Origin: Isosphaera pallida ATCC 43644
GTDB taxonomy: Bacteria; Planctomycetota; Planctomycetia; Isosphaerales; Isosphaeraceae
NCBI RefSeq assembly: GCF_000186345.1
Contig: NC_014962.1
Coordinates: forward strand, 2,568,450 to 2,632,449
Reading direction: 5' to 3'
DNA length: 64,000 bases
Position 1 is the stretch's first letter. Each line of letters opens with the position of its first letter. Shown piece by piece: positions 29,327 to 38,742 of this stretch. Both the position numbers and the translations under genes were made by a program. Under the pieces are notes generated by a model, which saw nothing but the letters and a program-made list of their open reading frames with translations, had not been told where the DNA came from and ran no database searches.

Positions 29327-30118
29327 TCAACTTGCGGGCCAATGAGGGGAGCGGCCTTGCTGAAAGGCGAGGAAACCTTCGCGGGCTTCCGCTCCGAGAC
29401 GGATCGTGGCGGCCACCGCCGCGGCACCTCGGAGCGATTCGGGACGATTCTGAGCCTCGTCGAGTAGCTTCTTGGTGGTTGCCATCGCCTCAGGAGCGTT
29501 GCGGGCCAATTCAGCGGCCCACTCCAACGCCTGGTCCACCACCTGGTCGGCCGGGGCGATTCGATTGACCAACCCCCACATCATCGCGGTTCGAGCGTCG
29601 ATCAGACGCCCGGTTAGCAACAATTCCCGCGCCCGGCGTCCGCCGACCTGACGCACCAGATCTTGCATCACCATGCAGGCGACCATGCCGCGTTGGACCT
29701 CGGGGTATCCCAGGCGAGCCGTTTCGGACGCCACCACCAAGTCGCACGCCGAGGCCAACCCGCACCCCCCTGCCACCGCATCCCCCTGGAGCGCCGCGAT
29801 CGTGGGTTGAGGCAGACGGTGAATCGCATCTAGCAGGTCGGCGATCGCCCGCAAGGTCTCGACCACCTTGATTTCGTCGGCTTCGCCCGCCTCGTTGGCG
29901 GTTTCCTTGAAATCCAAACCAGCGCAAAAGACCGGACCTGCGCCGGTCAACACCACCGCGCGCACCGCGTGGTCGTCCCGAATCGCCGCCAGTTCATCCA
30001 GCAGGGCATCGAGCAACGGTTTGCTCAGAGCGTTGCGCGCCTGGGGACGGTTCAGGGTCAACACCGCCGTGGTTTTTCGGTATTCCCGCAACACGAGAGA
30101 CGAGTCTTGAGCGGTCAT
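29327..30118 (-). CDS. Enoyl-CoA hydratase/isomerase (crotonase) family protein
   Basis: AVVLTGAGPVFCAGLDF oxyanion-hole motif. About 260 aa. Confidence 0.8.
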   Translation of the reverse strand: MTAQDSSLVLREYRKTTAVLTLNRPQARNALSKPLLDALLDELAAIRDDHAVRAVVLTGAGPVFCAGLDFKETANEAGEADEIKVVETLRAIADLLDAIHRLPQPTIAALQGDAVAGGCGLASACDLVVASETARLGYPEVQRGMVACMVMQDLVRQVGGRRARELLLTGRLIDARTAMMWGLVNRIAPADQVVDQALEWAAELARNAPEAMATTKKLLDEAQNRPESLRGAAAVAATIRLGAEAREGFLAFQQGRSPHWPAS

Positions 30119-30550
30119 GGGCGGCCCCCTCCGCAGCCTCCAACCGTTCCAATTCGATCGGGCAAGCCCAACCCCCGGCGCGACGGTGTGGAATGGAACC
30201 GAGCGAAGACATCGAGGTTTTGGAATCTCGCTGAGTCGCGTCGCGCGGCGACCAAGATCCTTACCCTATCGCCCCCCGCGATCCACCTCAAGCGGTTGGT
30301 CCGCCGTCCGACCCCCTTGCGATCGGCGTGGTCGCTCCCTGTAAGAGAGAAAAGAACCTTTTTGACGACCCAGCGCGAACCCAACCCCAACTCCCCCACT
30401 CCATTTCAGCGTGAGGCAACACAAGAGCATGACCAAACAAGGGAGTGACAAATCCCCCCGGAATTTTTCACACAACCACCAAGACGTGCGAAATACCACC
30501 TGCCTCTGCGAACAACTTTCCTCCATCATTTCAAAGGGGTGTCCCTTTGC

Positions 30551-30621
30551 GACGCTGGTGCCGGATGGTGAGGCGACCGGCTGCAACCCGGTTGAAGTGG
30601 GTTCGATTCCCACCGGCGTCT
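30551..30621 (+). tRNA. tRNA-Cys (GCA)
   Basis: Hand fold. Acceptor gacgctg/cggcgtc with one G-U pair. Anticodon arm accgg-cuGCAac-ccggu. T-arm gtggg-ttcgatt-cccac. Discriminator t. 71 nt. CCA is not encoded. Confidence 0.7.
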
Positions 30622-30678
30622 TTTTAAGCTTGCAACGTTTGGTTCGTCTTGGCCCGCGGCGCGGTTCAAGCGTCAACT

Positions 30679-30751
30679 GTCGCGGTCGCTCAATGGCAGA
30701 GCAATAGGCCTCAAAGCCTGTGGGTTGCGGGTTCGATTCCCGCCCGCCTTG
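30679..30751 (+). other. tRNA-like element, probably a pseudo-tRNA: canonical T-arm and D-arm, mismatched acceptor stem, 6-nt anticodon loop
   Basis: T-arm gcggg-ttcgatt-cccgc. D-arm gctc-aatggca-gagc. Anticodon-region hairpin uaggc-cucaaa-gccug. The acceptor stem has 2 mismatches. Confidence 0.3.
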
Positions 30752-30813
30752 ACGTTGTTGATTCCGTGTTCCGACAGGGGATGCACCCGAAGCCGTTCCA
30801 ACGTTGCACCGTT

Positions 30814-30883
30814 GGTCGCTGAACGGTGAGGCAACAAGCTCAAACCTTGTTGTCCGTTGCCGGTTCGATTCCGGCATCGACCC
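30814..30883 (+). other. tRNA-like element, possibly tRNA with anticodon CAA: canonical T-arm and anticodon arm, non-canonical D region and acceptor
   Basis: T-arm gccgg-ttcgatt-ccggc. Anticodon arm acaag-cuCAAac-cttgt. The acceptor ggtcgct/atcgacc has one mismatch. The D-stem is weak. Resembles the preceding element. Confidence 0.35.
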
Positions 30884-31436
30884 AACAACATGGCTGTCAC
30901 CATGTCAAAACACACCAGGGGGTGTTTGTTTGAACCCAAGGGGGTTGATGGAGTGATTCGGTCGGTTGATCGGTTCACGCCTTCGGGCCGAACCATTCAA
31001 CAGCGTGGAATGCACGCTCTGACGCCCGTGGATTCCGCCGGCGTCGGGTTGGTGTCGGTCGGTCTTCCGGTCCTTGGCCGCGGCGTCTCGAAACCAGCCC
31101 TTCCCGTCCTCCTTCGGGAAAACGGGTCGGAGGGAACGGGAAAAACCAGGCCAACCAAGGGAGGACCCAAACGCTGACCCGCTCCGGCTCAAACGGTGTG
31201 CCGCTTGCATACACGTGATCGTCTTCGTTCATCAACTCCCGAGGGTGTTTTTTCCCTGGATGGTCCGGGACGAGAATCCACTCCATTCTCACTCTCAAGA
31301 CGTTGATACTCGTTCCATTCTGAAATTCGCCGGATCGCCCAAAGTTGGCCGATTGGACTGGGAAGGCCGGCGTGAGTCCTGTCCCCCCAATCGCATCGCA
31401 TTCTGGAAAACAGCCCTAGTGCAAGGAGCGACGACG

Positions 31437-32564
31437 ATGTTCAATGTGTTCAAGGCATTGAAGATGTTCAAGCGTGTTAAGGTTCTAAACTACGAGACGG
31501 GGTTCAAGTTCGTCGAGGGGGAGTTCCAGGGCGTGTTGGACGCGGGAATTCACCGCTTCTTTGACCCTTTGGGCAAGATTGACGTTCAGGTGGTTTCGCG
31601 TCGGGAGGTGTTTTTGCGCCATGACCAGCTCGACGTGATCGTCAAGAACGCCGACCTCAAGGGGTTGGCCCAGGTGATTGACCTGCGCGACGACCAGAGG
31701 GCGTTGGTCTGGGTGGACGATCGCTTCACTCGGATTTTGGGGCCGGGGTTGCATCTGTTGTGGACTGAACCGCGACGGGTGCGAGTCGAGGTGATCGAGC
31801 TGCGCGAACCCCAATTCGTCCACGCCGATCTCAAGACGATTCTGAGTTCCCCCACGTTCCGCGAGCATCTGGATCTGGTCGAGGTGGCGCGTGGTCAGCG
31901 TGGAGTCCTCTTCCTCGACGGCAAGCCAGTCGGGACCCTGGAGCCGGGCCAGTACGCTTTTTGGAAGGGACTCGCCCAGGTTGAGGTGCAGTCGTTCGAC
32001 CTGCGTGAGATCGACTTGGAAATTAGTGGCCAGGAGATCATGACGGCCGACAAGGTGACCCTGCGGCTCAACGCTTTGGTCACCTACCGGGTGGTCGATC
32101 CTCTCAAGTGCGCCTTGGTGGTTCAGCAGGTCCAACACACCCTGTACAAGGATGTCCAGTTGGCCATAAGGGCTGCGGTGGGAACCCGCGAACTGGACCT
32201 TCTGCTCAACGACAAGGACTCCCTCGGGGAACAGTTGGCTGAGGCGTTGTCCGCGCGGGCTGAGAAGTTGGGCCTGGACCTGTTGAAGGTAGGCGTCAAG
32301 GACATCATTTTGCCCGGCGAGATGCGCCAGTTGTTTAACCAGGTGACCGAGGCTCGCAAAGCGGCCGAGGCCAATCTGATCACTCGCCGGGAGGAGACCG
32401 CCGCGATCCGTTCGCAGCTCAACACCGCCCGGCTGCTGAGCGAGAACCCGACTCTCATGCGGATGAGGGAGTTGGAGCTTCTCGAAAAACTGGTGGCCAA
32501 CGGTAAGATGAGCGTCATCCTGGGTGAAAAGGGGTTGTCGGATCGCGTGATCAACCTCCTCTGA
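31437..32564 (+). CDS. SPFH/band-7 (stomatin/HflC-like) domain protein
   Basis: ATG at 31437 with AAGGAG at 9-nt spacing. LDLLKVGVKDIILPGEMRQ...AEANLITRREETAAIRSQ is typical of a band-7 core followed by a coiled coil. The ORF track extends to 31074, but that upstream part has poor codon usage. Confidence 0.8.
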   Translation: MFNVFKALKMFKRVKVLNYETGFKFVEGEFQGVLDAGIHRFFDPLGKIDVQVVSRREVFLRHDQLDVIVKNADLKGLAQVIDLRDDQRALVWVDDRFTRILGPGLHLLWTEPRRVRVEVIELREPQFVHADLKTILSSPTFREHLDLVEVARGQRGVLFLDGKPVGTLEPGQYAFWKGLAQVEVQSFDLREIDLEISGQEIMTADKVTLRLNALVTYRVVDPLKCALVVQQVQHTLYKDVQLAIRAAVGTRELDLLLNDKDSLGEQLAEALSARAEKLGLDLLKVGVKDIILPGEMRQLFNQVTEARKAAEANLITRREETAAIRSQLNTARLLSENPTLMRMRELELLEKLVANGKMSVILGEKGLSDRVINLL

Positions 32565-32890
32565 GCTGGCAACCCTCACACACCCCCCCCACCGGGCCAT
32601 CGTTCCCCGACCCGTCGGCTTCCATCGCCGGGTCGGGGAAGCTTGCTTGGGTTCGGGATCTCATCCACCGCGACGTTGATCATTCGATGGGAAGGTGAAA
32701 GAAGACCGTCAACCGGTTCGTCGTGGCCATCTGCATCGCCGTGTTCGTTGAAGACTGTGACGACGTGGATGTTGGAAGCGTGGCCATCAAGACCCAGAGC
32801 CGTTTCAGGCGACCCGCTCATAGGACCACCAAAGGCGCGGGGCGGGGCGGGGTGGCCGGCACCGTTGGGTTTGGCCGCCGGCGTGCTGGG

Positions 32891-33628
32891 TCATTCCACG
32901 ACCAGGCACGGCGGGTGGTCGGGGTCGTCGTCGAGGCGAAGCCAACTCGATTGGGTTTGCCAGCCGCCTAGAACCGCCCATGAGGGTCGAGGGGGGAAAA
33001 CGTCGTCGCGGGCGGGGTGGAATACCGGCGTGTGAATGTGACCAAAGAGAATAAGATGAGCCTGACGCGCGTGTGTTTGCACATAGGCCTGATAGCGGGC
33101 GAGGACGCGGCGGTCATCTTCAAGGCGGGTGCGGTCGTTGTTGCGGTCGAGGCGTTGAGAGAGCCCAACGGCGAAAGGTTCGGGAAGAACGCGGAAGGCG
33201 TCCAGAAACCGCCGCGATTCCATCGCCACCTTCCAGAAGGGGGGGCGGCCGATACGATGACCATGATAAAGGTGAACGACCCGGCCACCGATGGTCTCGA
33301 CCCACGGCTCCGGCGTGAATGATGTATTCAACACACGTTGATAGTAGTGATTTAACCACTGATCATGATTGCCCGCGATGAGGGAGAGCCGGCCGCCGGA
33401 GGCCACGAACCCGGCCAGCGAGCGCAAACCCAGGCAGCGCGGCGGTTGATCGGGCGGTTCGGTGTGGCTTTGGCGGGAGGCGAACCAGAAGTCGCACAGG
33501 TCGCCGCCGATCACGAGGCGATCGCGCGACGGGTCGCGCCGTTCCACGAACCGGGCTAGGCGTTCTGCCCGTTCGGGGCGATCCCACCGCAGATGCACGT
33601 CGCTCAAGATCCAGGTGGTGGTGGTCAT
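32891..33628 (-). CDS. Calcineurin-like metallophosphoesterase, LpxH-like (UDP-2,3-diacylglucosamine diphosphatase family)
   Basis: ILSDVHL, GDLCDFW, GNHD and GHIH motifs. Confidence 0.7.
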   Translation of the reverse strand: MTTTTWILSDVHLRWDRPERAERLARFVERRDPSRDRLVIGGDLCDFWFASRQSHTEPPDQPPRCLGLRSLAGFVASGGRLSLIAGNHDQWLNHYYQRVLNTSFTPEPWVETIGGRVVHLYHGHRIGRPPFWKVAMESRRFLDAFRVLPEPFAVGLSQRLDRNNDRTRLEDDRRVLARYQAYVQTHARQAHLILFGHIHTPVFHPARDDVFPPRPSWAVLGGWQTQSSWLRLDDDPDHPPCLVVE

Positions 33629-33681
33629 CGCGTGGGTCTAGAACCAAGTTAGGGCAGAATCGTTCCCCGTTCCCGTTGGAG

Positions 33682-34611
33682 TTAGAAGGGAACGTCAGGA
33701 GGATCCTGGACCATCACGGGGCGTCGGGTCCGGGTGGAGGAGTGGGCGAGGGTGGAGGGGATGGCCGGTCCGCGACGTCCGCGGCCGTGCAAGGTTAAGT
33801 CAGGCCCCGCCTGGTGTTGCAAGCCAACATGCAACCGGGCGCGACGGCCCACTGACGCGAGGGCAGCGCGGGCGGCTTGGAGCGCCAGGTCGGGGCGGTT
33901 GCATTGACGGCTCAGGTGCATCAGCACCACGTCGCGGGGGGGGTGAGCACCCGACCGTCGGGTGATGTCCGCCAGAAGGAGTCCGGCCTGTTCGTTGGAG
34001 AGATGGCCAGCGTCGGACATGACGCGGCGGATCAAAAACGCAGGCCGGCCCGACTCGCGTTGCATTTGGGAATCGTGATTGAATTCGATCGCCAACAGGT
34101 CCACCTGGGCGAGCGCTTCGGCCAACGCGGGAGTCCACGCGCCGGTGTCGGTGGCCAGTCCCAGAGCGACTGGGGCTTCGCAGCGGGTCGGACGGCCTTC
34201 CAGACGGAAGCCGTGAGTGGTTTCGGCGTCGTGGGTCAGGTCGATCGCCTCGATGGTCAGACCCAGAGGGGTGGGCCAGGGGCGGCTGTCGAAGCTTAAG
34301 ACCCGCCCAGCGCGGGCCAGACTCTCGAAGTCAGGATGCCCGACGAGGCGATCGACCTGGGACTCGTGAAGGTGCAGCGTCACGTTGCGGCGGTTCATCC
34401 AGGCGAGCGTCTGAGGGTGGAAATGGTCGGCGTGCAGGTGGGTGAGTACCACCGCAGCGATCCGCTCGGGCGGGACGCCCAGATGTTCAAGCCGTTGCTC
34501 CAGAATCCTTGGTCCCAAACCGGCGTCGATTAGCAGACCAACCCGGCCGGTTTGCACTAGGCAGGAGTTGCCTTGCGAACCACTGGCCAGGACCGCGAAC
34601 CTCGCCGGCAT
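33682..34611 (-). CDS. MBL-fold metallo-hydrolase
   Basis: LTHLHADH metal-binding motif. About 300 aa. Confidence 0.7.
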   Translation of the reverse strand: MPARFAVLASGSQGNSCLVQTGRVGLLIDAGLGPRILEQRLEHLGVPPERIAAVVLTHLHADHFHPQTLAWMNRRNVTLHLHESQVDRLVGHPDFESLARAGRVLSFDSRPWPTPLGLTIEAIDLTHDAETTHGFRLEGRPTRCEAPVALGLATDTGAWTPALAEALAQVDLLAIEFNHDSQMQRESGRPAFLIRRVMSDAGHLSNEQAGLLLADITRRSGAHPPRDVVLMHLSRQCNRPDLALQAARAALASVGRRARLHVGLQHQAGPDLTLHGRGRRGPAIPSTLAHSSTRTRRPVMVQDPPDVPF

Positions 34612-34901
34612 CGTTGGGGGGTCTCCATCGCTTCGTTTGGATGATCCGGTTGGGGGTCCGTCCGCGTCTTGGTGTCCGGTGTTGTTCCAGGTTCCTTGCG
34701 CGATTGGCCGGGTCGCGCCAGCCCGTTCAACACGCGGGGCTTGGGCAAGGAACGACGTTCGCGTGATTCACCTCCCCGCCGCCCTCACCACCTCATCGGT
34801 TCGTCCCATAGAGAGTGAGATCGGCGGGACGAGGGGGCGGACTGTGGTGTTGTTCGCCACGATCCGCCTCCACCACCTCGACCACCTTGACCGCGCGGGG
34901 G

Positions 34902-35486
34902 TCAGCTTTCGGAGAACTCACCCTCGACCTTAGGTTTCCAGAACCAGCCGAACAGCAAGCCATCCAACGACAGGTAGTTGCTAGTGATCGGAGCCAGCCA
35001 GACCACACCCACGTTGACTAGGATGTACAGGTACATTCCGCGGTATTTCTCGATCATGGCCGGGTCGTCGAGCGACAGGACCACCTGGCCAAACAGCAAA
35101 AGGATGAGCAAGAGGCCGGAGAGCAGGCTCACGAAGTAGGTGAACAGCCCAAGGATCAGCAACAGCCCCAACCCCATTTCCGCGTAGGGCAGCAATTGGG
35201 CAAACAGAGTGACCAAACTGGGGGAGAGGATCGAGTTCTTGAAGCGGTTGTTGGCGAACATGCCAACCAAGCCATCGGGATACTTCGCCTTGGGGGTGGC
35301 GGCCTCTGGCTCCGGTTGGGGGGTGGTCAAGGGAGCAACCGCCTCGCCGCCGGAGGCCGAAGAGTCGGCTTGGGCGATTGCGGTGGGAGAAGGAGGAGCC
35401 ATGTCTTGATACTTGGCGTAACCGTGCAGCAGCAGCGGCACGCCAAGCGCCAGACGGAGGATCAAGGCGGCGAAACTGCGGGCCAT
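34902..35486 (-). CDS. DoxX-family membrane protein
   Basis: Internal ATG (MARSFAALILRLALGVPLLLHGYAKY). Multi-TM protein with a DoxX-like N-terminus. Confidence 0.55.
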   Translation of the reverse strand: MARSFAALILRLALGVPLLLHGYAKYQDMAPPSPTAIAQADSSASGGEAVAPLTTPQPEPEAATPKAKYPDGLVGMFANNRFKNSILSPSLVTLFAQLLPYAEMGLGLLLILGLFTYFVSLLSGLLLILLLFGQVVLSLDDPAMIEKYRGMYLYILVNVGVVWLAPITSNYLSLDGLLFGWFWKPKVEGEFSES

Positions 35487-35648
35487 TGGACCCGGTTCGC
35501 GCCGCAGGACGACTTCTCGATAGTCCGACATGAGGGTGTGACTCCCAAACGGGTGAATGACCGGCCAACCTTGAGGATCACAGCGGAACCCGCCGCGCGT
35601 CCCCTGAAACGCAACACTTGGTTTCCTCTCCTGGTCTCCGGTCCGGGT

Positions 35649-36194
35649 TCAAAACCGAGTCTGCCACTCCGGGTCGCGTAGCTTCTCCATAATTGGGCGG
35701 ATCATCTCCTCGGGTACAAAACGGGCCAACGCCTCCGCTCCGCCGTACCGCGCCAGCTGTTTAATCAGCGAACTGGAGACGTGCGAATATTCCCCGTCGG
35801 CCATCAAGAACACCGTCTCGATCTCAGGGGCGAGCCGTTTGTTGGTCAACGACATTGAGAACTCATACTCCATGTCCGAGAGGGTGCGGACCCCCCGAAG
35901 GATCACTTGCGCGCCGATGCGGCGCACGAAGGCGACGGCCAGTTCGTCAAACGGTTCGACGGTAACATTGTGGTATTCCCGGACGATGTGGCGGGCCAGA
36001 TTGACCCGTTCCTCCAGGTCAAACAGGGGGGTTTTGTTGGGGTTGACGCCGATTCCCACCACCAACTGGTCGAACAGCAGCCGACCCCTTCGGATCACGT
36101 CGAGATGCCCTAGGGTCATTGGGTCGAACGTCCCGGTGAAGACCGCCTTGCGCGCGGCCGGACTCGCGCTTACCCCTAGTCGAGGCGGGGCCAT
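35649..36194 (-). CDS. coaD: Phosphopantetheine adenylyltransferase
   Basis: AVFTGTFDPMTLGHLD (T/HxGH) motif. ATG at 36194 (MAPPRLG). ATG 36215 is an alternative. Confidence 0.8.
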   Translation of the reverse strand: MAPPRLGVSASPAARKAVFTGTFDPMTLGHLDVIRRGRLLFDQLVVGIGVNPNKTPLFDLEERVNLARHIVREYHNVTVEPFDELAVAFVRRIGAQVILRGVRTLSDMEYEFSMSLTNKRLAPEIETVFLMADGEYSHVSSSLIKQLARYGGAEALARFVPEEMIRPIMEKLRDPEWQTRF

Positions 36195-36324
36195 GACGGG
36201 GAACGAATCACTCATCACCGAATGACTCCGGGTGGGGGTGGGAGGGGAAAAGGGGAGGCGGGAGGGAACCTCGGTCGGTGGACTGGATTCAGGACCGATC
36301 GACCACGATCCCACCTGGTTCAGC

Positions 36325-37539
36325 TCAACCGCGACAAAGGGCGCTCAGGCCATCATGGAGCCGTTGGAGGTCCTCGTCGTTGGTGTAACAGTGGGGGGAG
36401 ACCCGCAACCGTCCGCCACGGGCCGAGAGGATCACGTCCCGCTCCTTGAGCCGGGCGGCGGCCTGAGCTGGACCGCCCAGAGCTTCGGGAATCACGATCG
36501 AGACGATTCCAGAGTCTTCCGACGGTCCAAACCCACCAAAGACCTCCAAGCCCAAATCGCGGGCCAACGTCGCCACTGCGCGGGCGCGCTCCAGAATCCG
36601 CCCTGCGATCCGGTCGGGTCCAACCTCGTGAAAGAGCGAAACGCTGGCCCCCAGCGCGTGCAAGCCAGGCATATTGAAGGTGCCGCCCTCCCAGCGCTGA
36701 GCGGTCGTCTTGAGGGTGAAGTCGATCGTCCCGTGGTCGAACGCCCGTGTCACGCTGTGCCAGCCGACCATGATCGGGCGGAGTCGTTGAATCCAGCATG
36801 TTCGCACATAAAGGAATCCCGCTCCCTCTGGGCCCAGCAGCCACTTGTGGCCGTCGGCGGCGAGGAAATCGATGGGGGTTCGGCTCACGTCGATCCGCAG
36901 CGGTCCTAGGCCTTGGATGGCGTCGACGAACAGAGCCACGCCGCGTTGCTGGCAGAGCTGTCCCACGGCGTCGAGGTCGTTGCGGAATCCGGTGGCGAAC
37001 TCGACATGACTAATAGCCAGCAACCGGGTTTGGGGGCCGATCGCCGCGGCCAGATCGTCCAGGAGGATGCGGCCTGCGCGGGTCGGCACGCGATCCAGTC
37101 CCACGCCACGCGAGGCCAAGTTCATCCAGGGATAGACGTTGGAGGGATACTCGTCCTCGGGCAGCACGATCCGGTCGCCAGGTTGCCACGGAAAGCCTTC
37201 GGCGATCAGGCCGACACCATGAGTGGTGTTGGGAATGAACGCGATTTCGCCCGGGTCGGCGGCGATCAGGTTGGCCAGGCCGCGGCGGTAGTCGGCCAGA
37301 CGGTCATACCAGGACAGCCACTGGGCGTCGCCCCGTTCGCTCAGGTCATTCGCCCAGGTGGTCATCGCCTCCACCGCGCGACGGGGTAGGGGGGCGACGG
37401 CGGCGTGGTCGAAGTAGGCGTAGCGTCGGCCTACCGGAAACTCCGCCTCGCGCAAGGCCGACCAATCAACGTCATTGACGGCGGCGGGTTCTCGAACCTG
37501 ACACGAGGCGGCGACGGGCGTTGAACGAGTGACGGTCAC
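36325..37539 (-). CDS. Class-V aminotransferase / cysteine-desulfurase family (PLP-dependent)
   Basis: YAYFDHAAVAPLP N-terminal pattern and AADGHKWLLGPEGAGFLYV (PLP-Lys region). Start placed at the GTG VTVTRS. The ORF track extends to 38061 over a non-coding-looking region. Confidence 0.7.
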   Translation of the reverse strand: MTVTRSTPVAASCQVREPAAVNDVDWSALREAEFPVGRRYAYFDHAAVAPLPRRAVEAMTTWANDLSERGDAQWLSWYDRLADYRRGLANLIAADPGEIAFIPNTTHGVGLIAEGFPWQPGDRIVLPEDEYPSNVYPWMNLASRGVGLDRVPTRAGRILLDDLAAAIGPQTRLLAISHVEFATGFRNDLDAVGQLCQQRGVALFVDAIQGLGPLRIDVSRTPIDFLAADGHKWLLGPEGAGFLYVRTCWIQRLRPIMVGWHSVTRAFDHGTIDFTLKTTAQRWEGGTFNMPGLHALGASVSLFHEVGPDRIAGRILERARAVATLARDLGLEVFGGFGPSEDSGIVSIVIPEALGGPAQAAARLKERDVILSARGGRLRVSPHCYTNDEDLQRLHDGLSALCRG

Positions 37540-38197
37540 GATGAACCTGCTTCCCAATGCAAGTCGCGTGGCAAGCCGGACAGTTCCGCCAAAATCGGAC
37601 AAGGGCGGCGGATCAAGGCCAAGACCAAGCAACAGAACGAATCGAGTAGGCGGGTGAATGACGGCGACGGGTTGCGGGCAATAGAACCTAGACCTGGTTT
37701 GGAAACGGTCGGATCGTTGGAGGGTTGGCGTCGCTTCGCCACCTCTCCAGCTTTCCACTCTAACCGATCGGAACGGCTCGTGGCCAGCCGACGTTGGCAA
37801 CCAGGCGGGCGTCTTGAACTTGAATTTCCTCCATCCATGAGGTTGGGGCGGGTTGAAAATGGTGGTGGATCCGCCGATTTGGCGGCCCCCTAGCCCGGTT
37901 TGGTTTGCGTCTGATAAGGGACGTTCTGTTGCGTTGGCTTGATCGTCGAGCCAAAACACCTTGGTTTTCGCGGTTTGTTGAACGTCGTCGCTTTGCGTCT
38001 CGTCTTGCGACCCAATCTCATGCGACAACGCGGGACGCTGCGACTCTCGTTGGGTTGGCATCGCGTTTTCCGTGCCGCCATCGCTTCAGCGGCCAACCCT
38101 ACGGAGTTTGGAATGGGCGTGAACGCCACTTTGTTTAAGTCAACGGGATGCCTCTGAGGACAGTAAGGCGCGGTCGCGTCGGCGAGGAGGTCCGGGC

Positions 38198-38587
38198 TTG
38201 CTAGTCTCCACCAGTTACGGCGGCGGACAGATTCCCGACCCTTCGGTGGTCGAGGCGGCGGATTTTCTGCTGTTGCATGGTAACGGGGTCAACAACCCTG
38301 ACCGAATCACCGAGATGGTGAACCAAACCCGCGCCCTTTGCGGAGCGCATCCCAAGCCGATCCTCTTCAACGAGGACGACCATTTCGACTTCGACCGGCC
38401 CCGCAACAACTTCGTGGCCGCGGTGGAAGCGTTCGCCTCCTGGGAGTATTTCGACTTTCGTATGAAGGGAGAGGGCTTCGACGAAGGGTATCAATCGGTC
38501 CCGGTGAATTGGTCGATCTCGTCGGATCGCAAACGCGGCTTTTTCAACAAGCTGGCCGAAATCACCGGGGTGACCCCAAACTCATAG
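38198..38587 (+). pseudogene. Coding-like 3' fragment of an unknown gene (C-terminal about 129 aa only)
   Basis: Strong GC3 and preferred codons. No in-frame N-terminal continuation upstream. Starts with TTG. Sequence PILFNEDDHFDFDRPRNNFVAAVEAFASWEYFDF. Confidence 0.35.
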
Positions 38588-38742
38588 ATGTGTTGACGTG
38601 ACTCCGTGGAGCCCGGGAGGCGATCCTCCTGGGCTCCACGCTCGCACTGCCTTGATGTTGATGTTGGGGACTCGCTCTTGTCTTGGACAGGTGCCACCAG
38701 GCTCGGGGAGTCCCTCGCTCGCTCCTTGGGGTGTCAGGAAGC

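Noticed and set aside
30266-30877. 203-aa minus-strand ORF spanning the tRNA cluster
   Set aside because: It is the antisense of the tRNA genes (contains the characteristic GIEPT/ESNP translations of T-arms). Not coding.
30679-30883. tmRNA 3' tRNA-like domain as an explanation for the extra T-arms
   Set aside because: No complementary 5' acceptor strand and no resume-codon or tag-peptide ORF within about 350 nt upstream. Pseudo-tRNAs are more parsimonious.
31074-31436. Upstream extension of the SPFH ORF
   Set aside because: Poor codon usage. An AAGGAG-ATG at 31437 gives a typical band-7 N-terminus.
37540-38061. N-terminal 174 codons of ORF 36325..38061
   Set aside because: The class-V aminotransferase fold begins at about VNDVDWSAL. 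The upstream part is low-complexity and has no homology logic.
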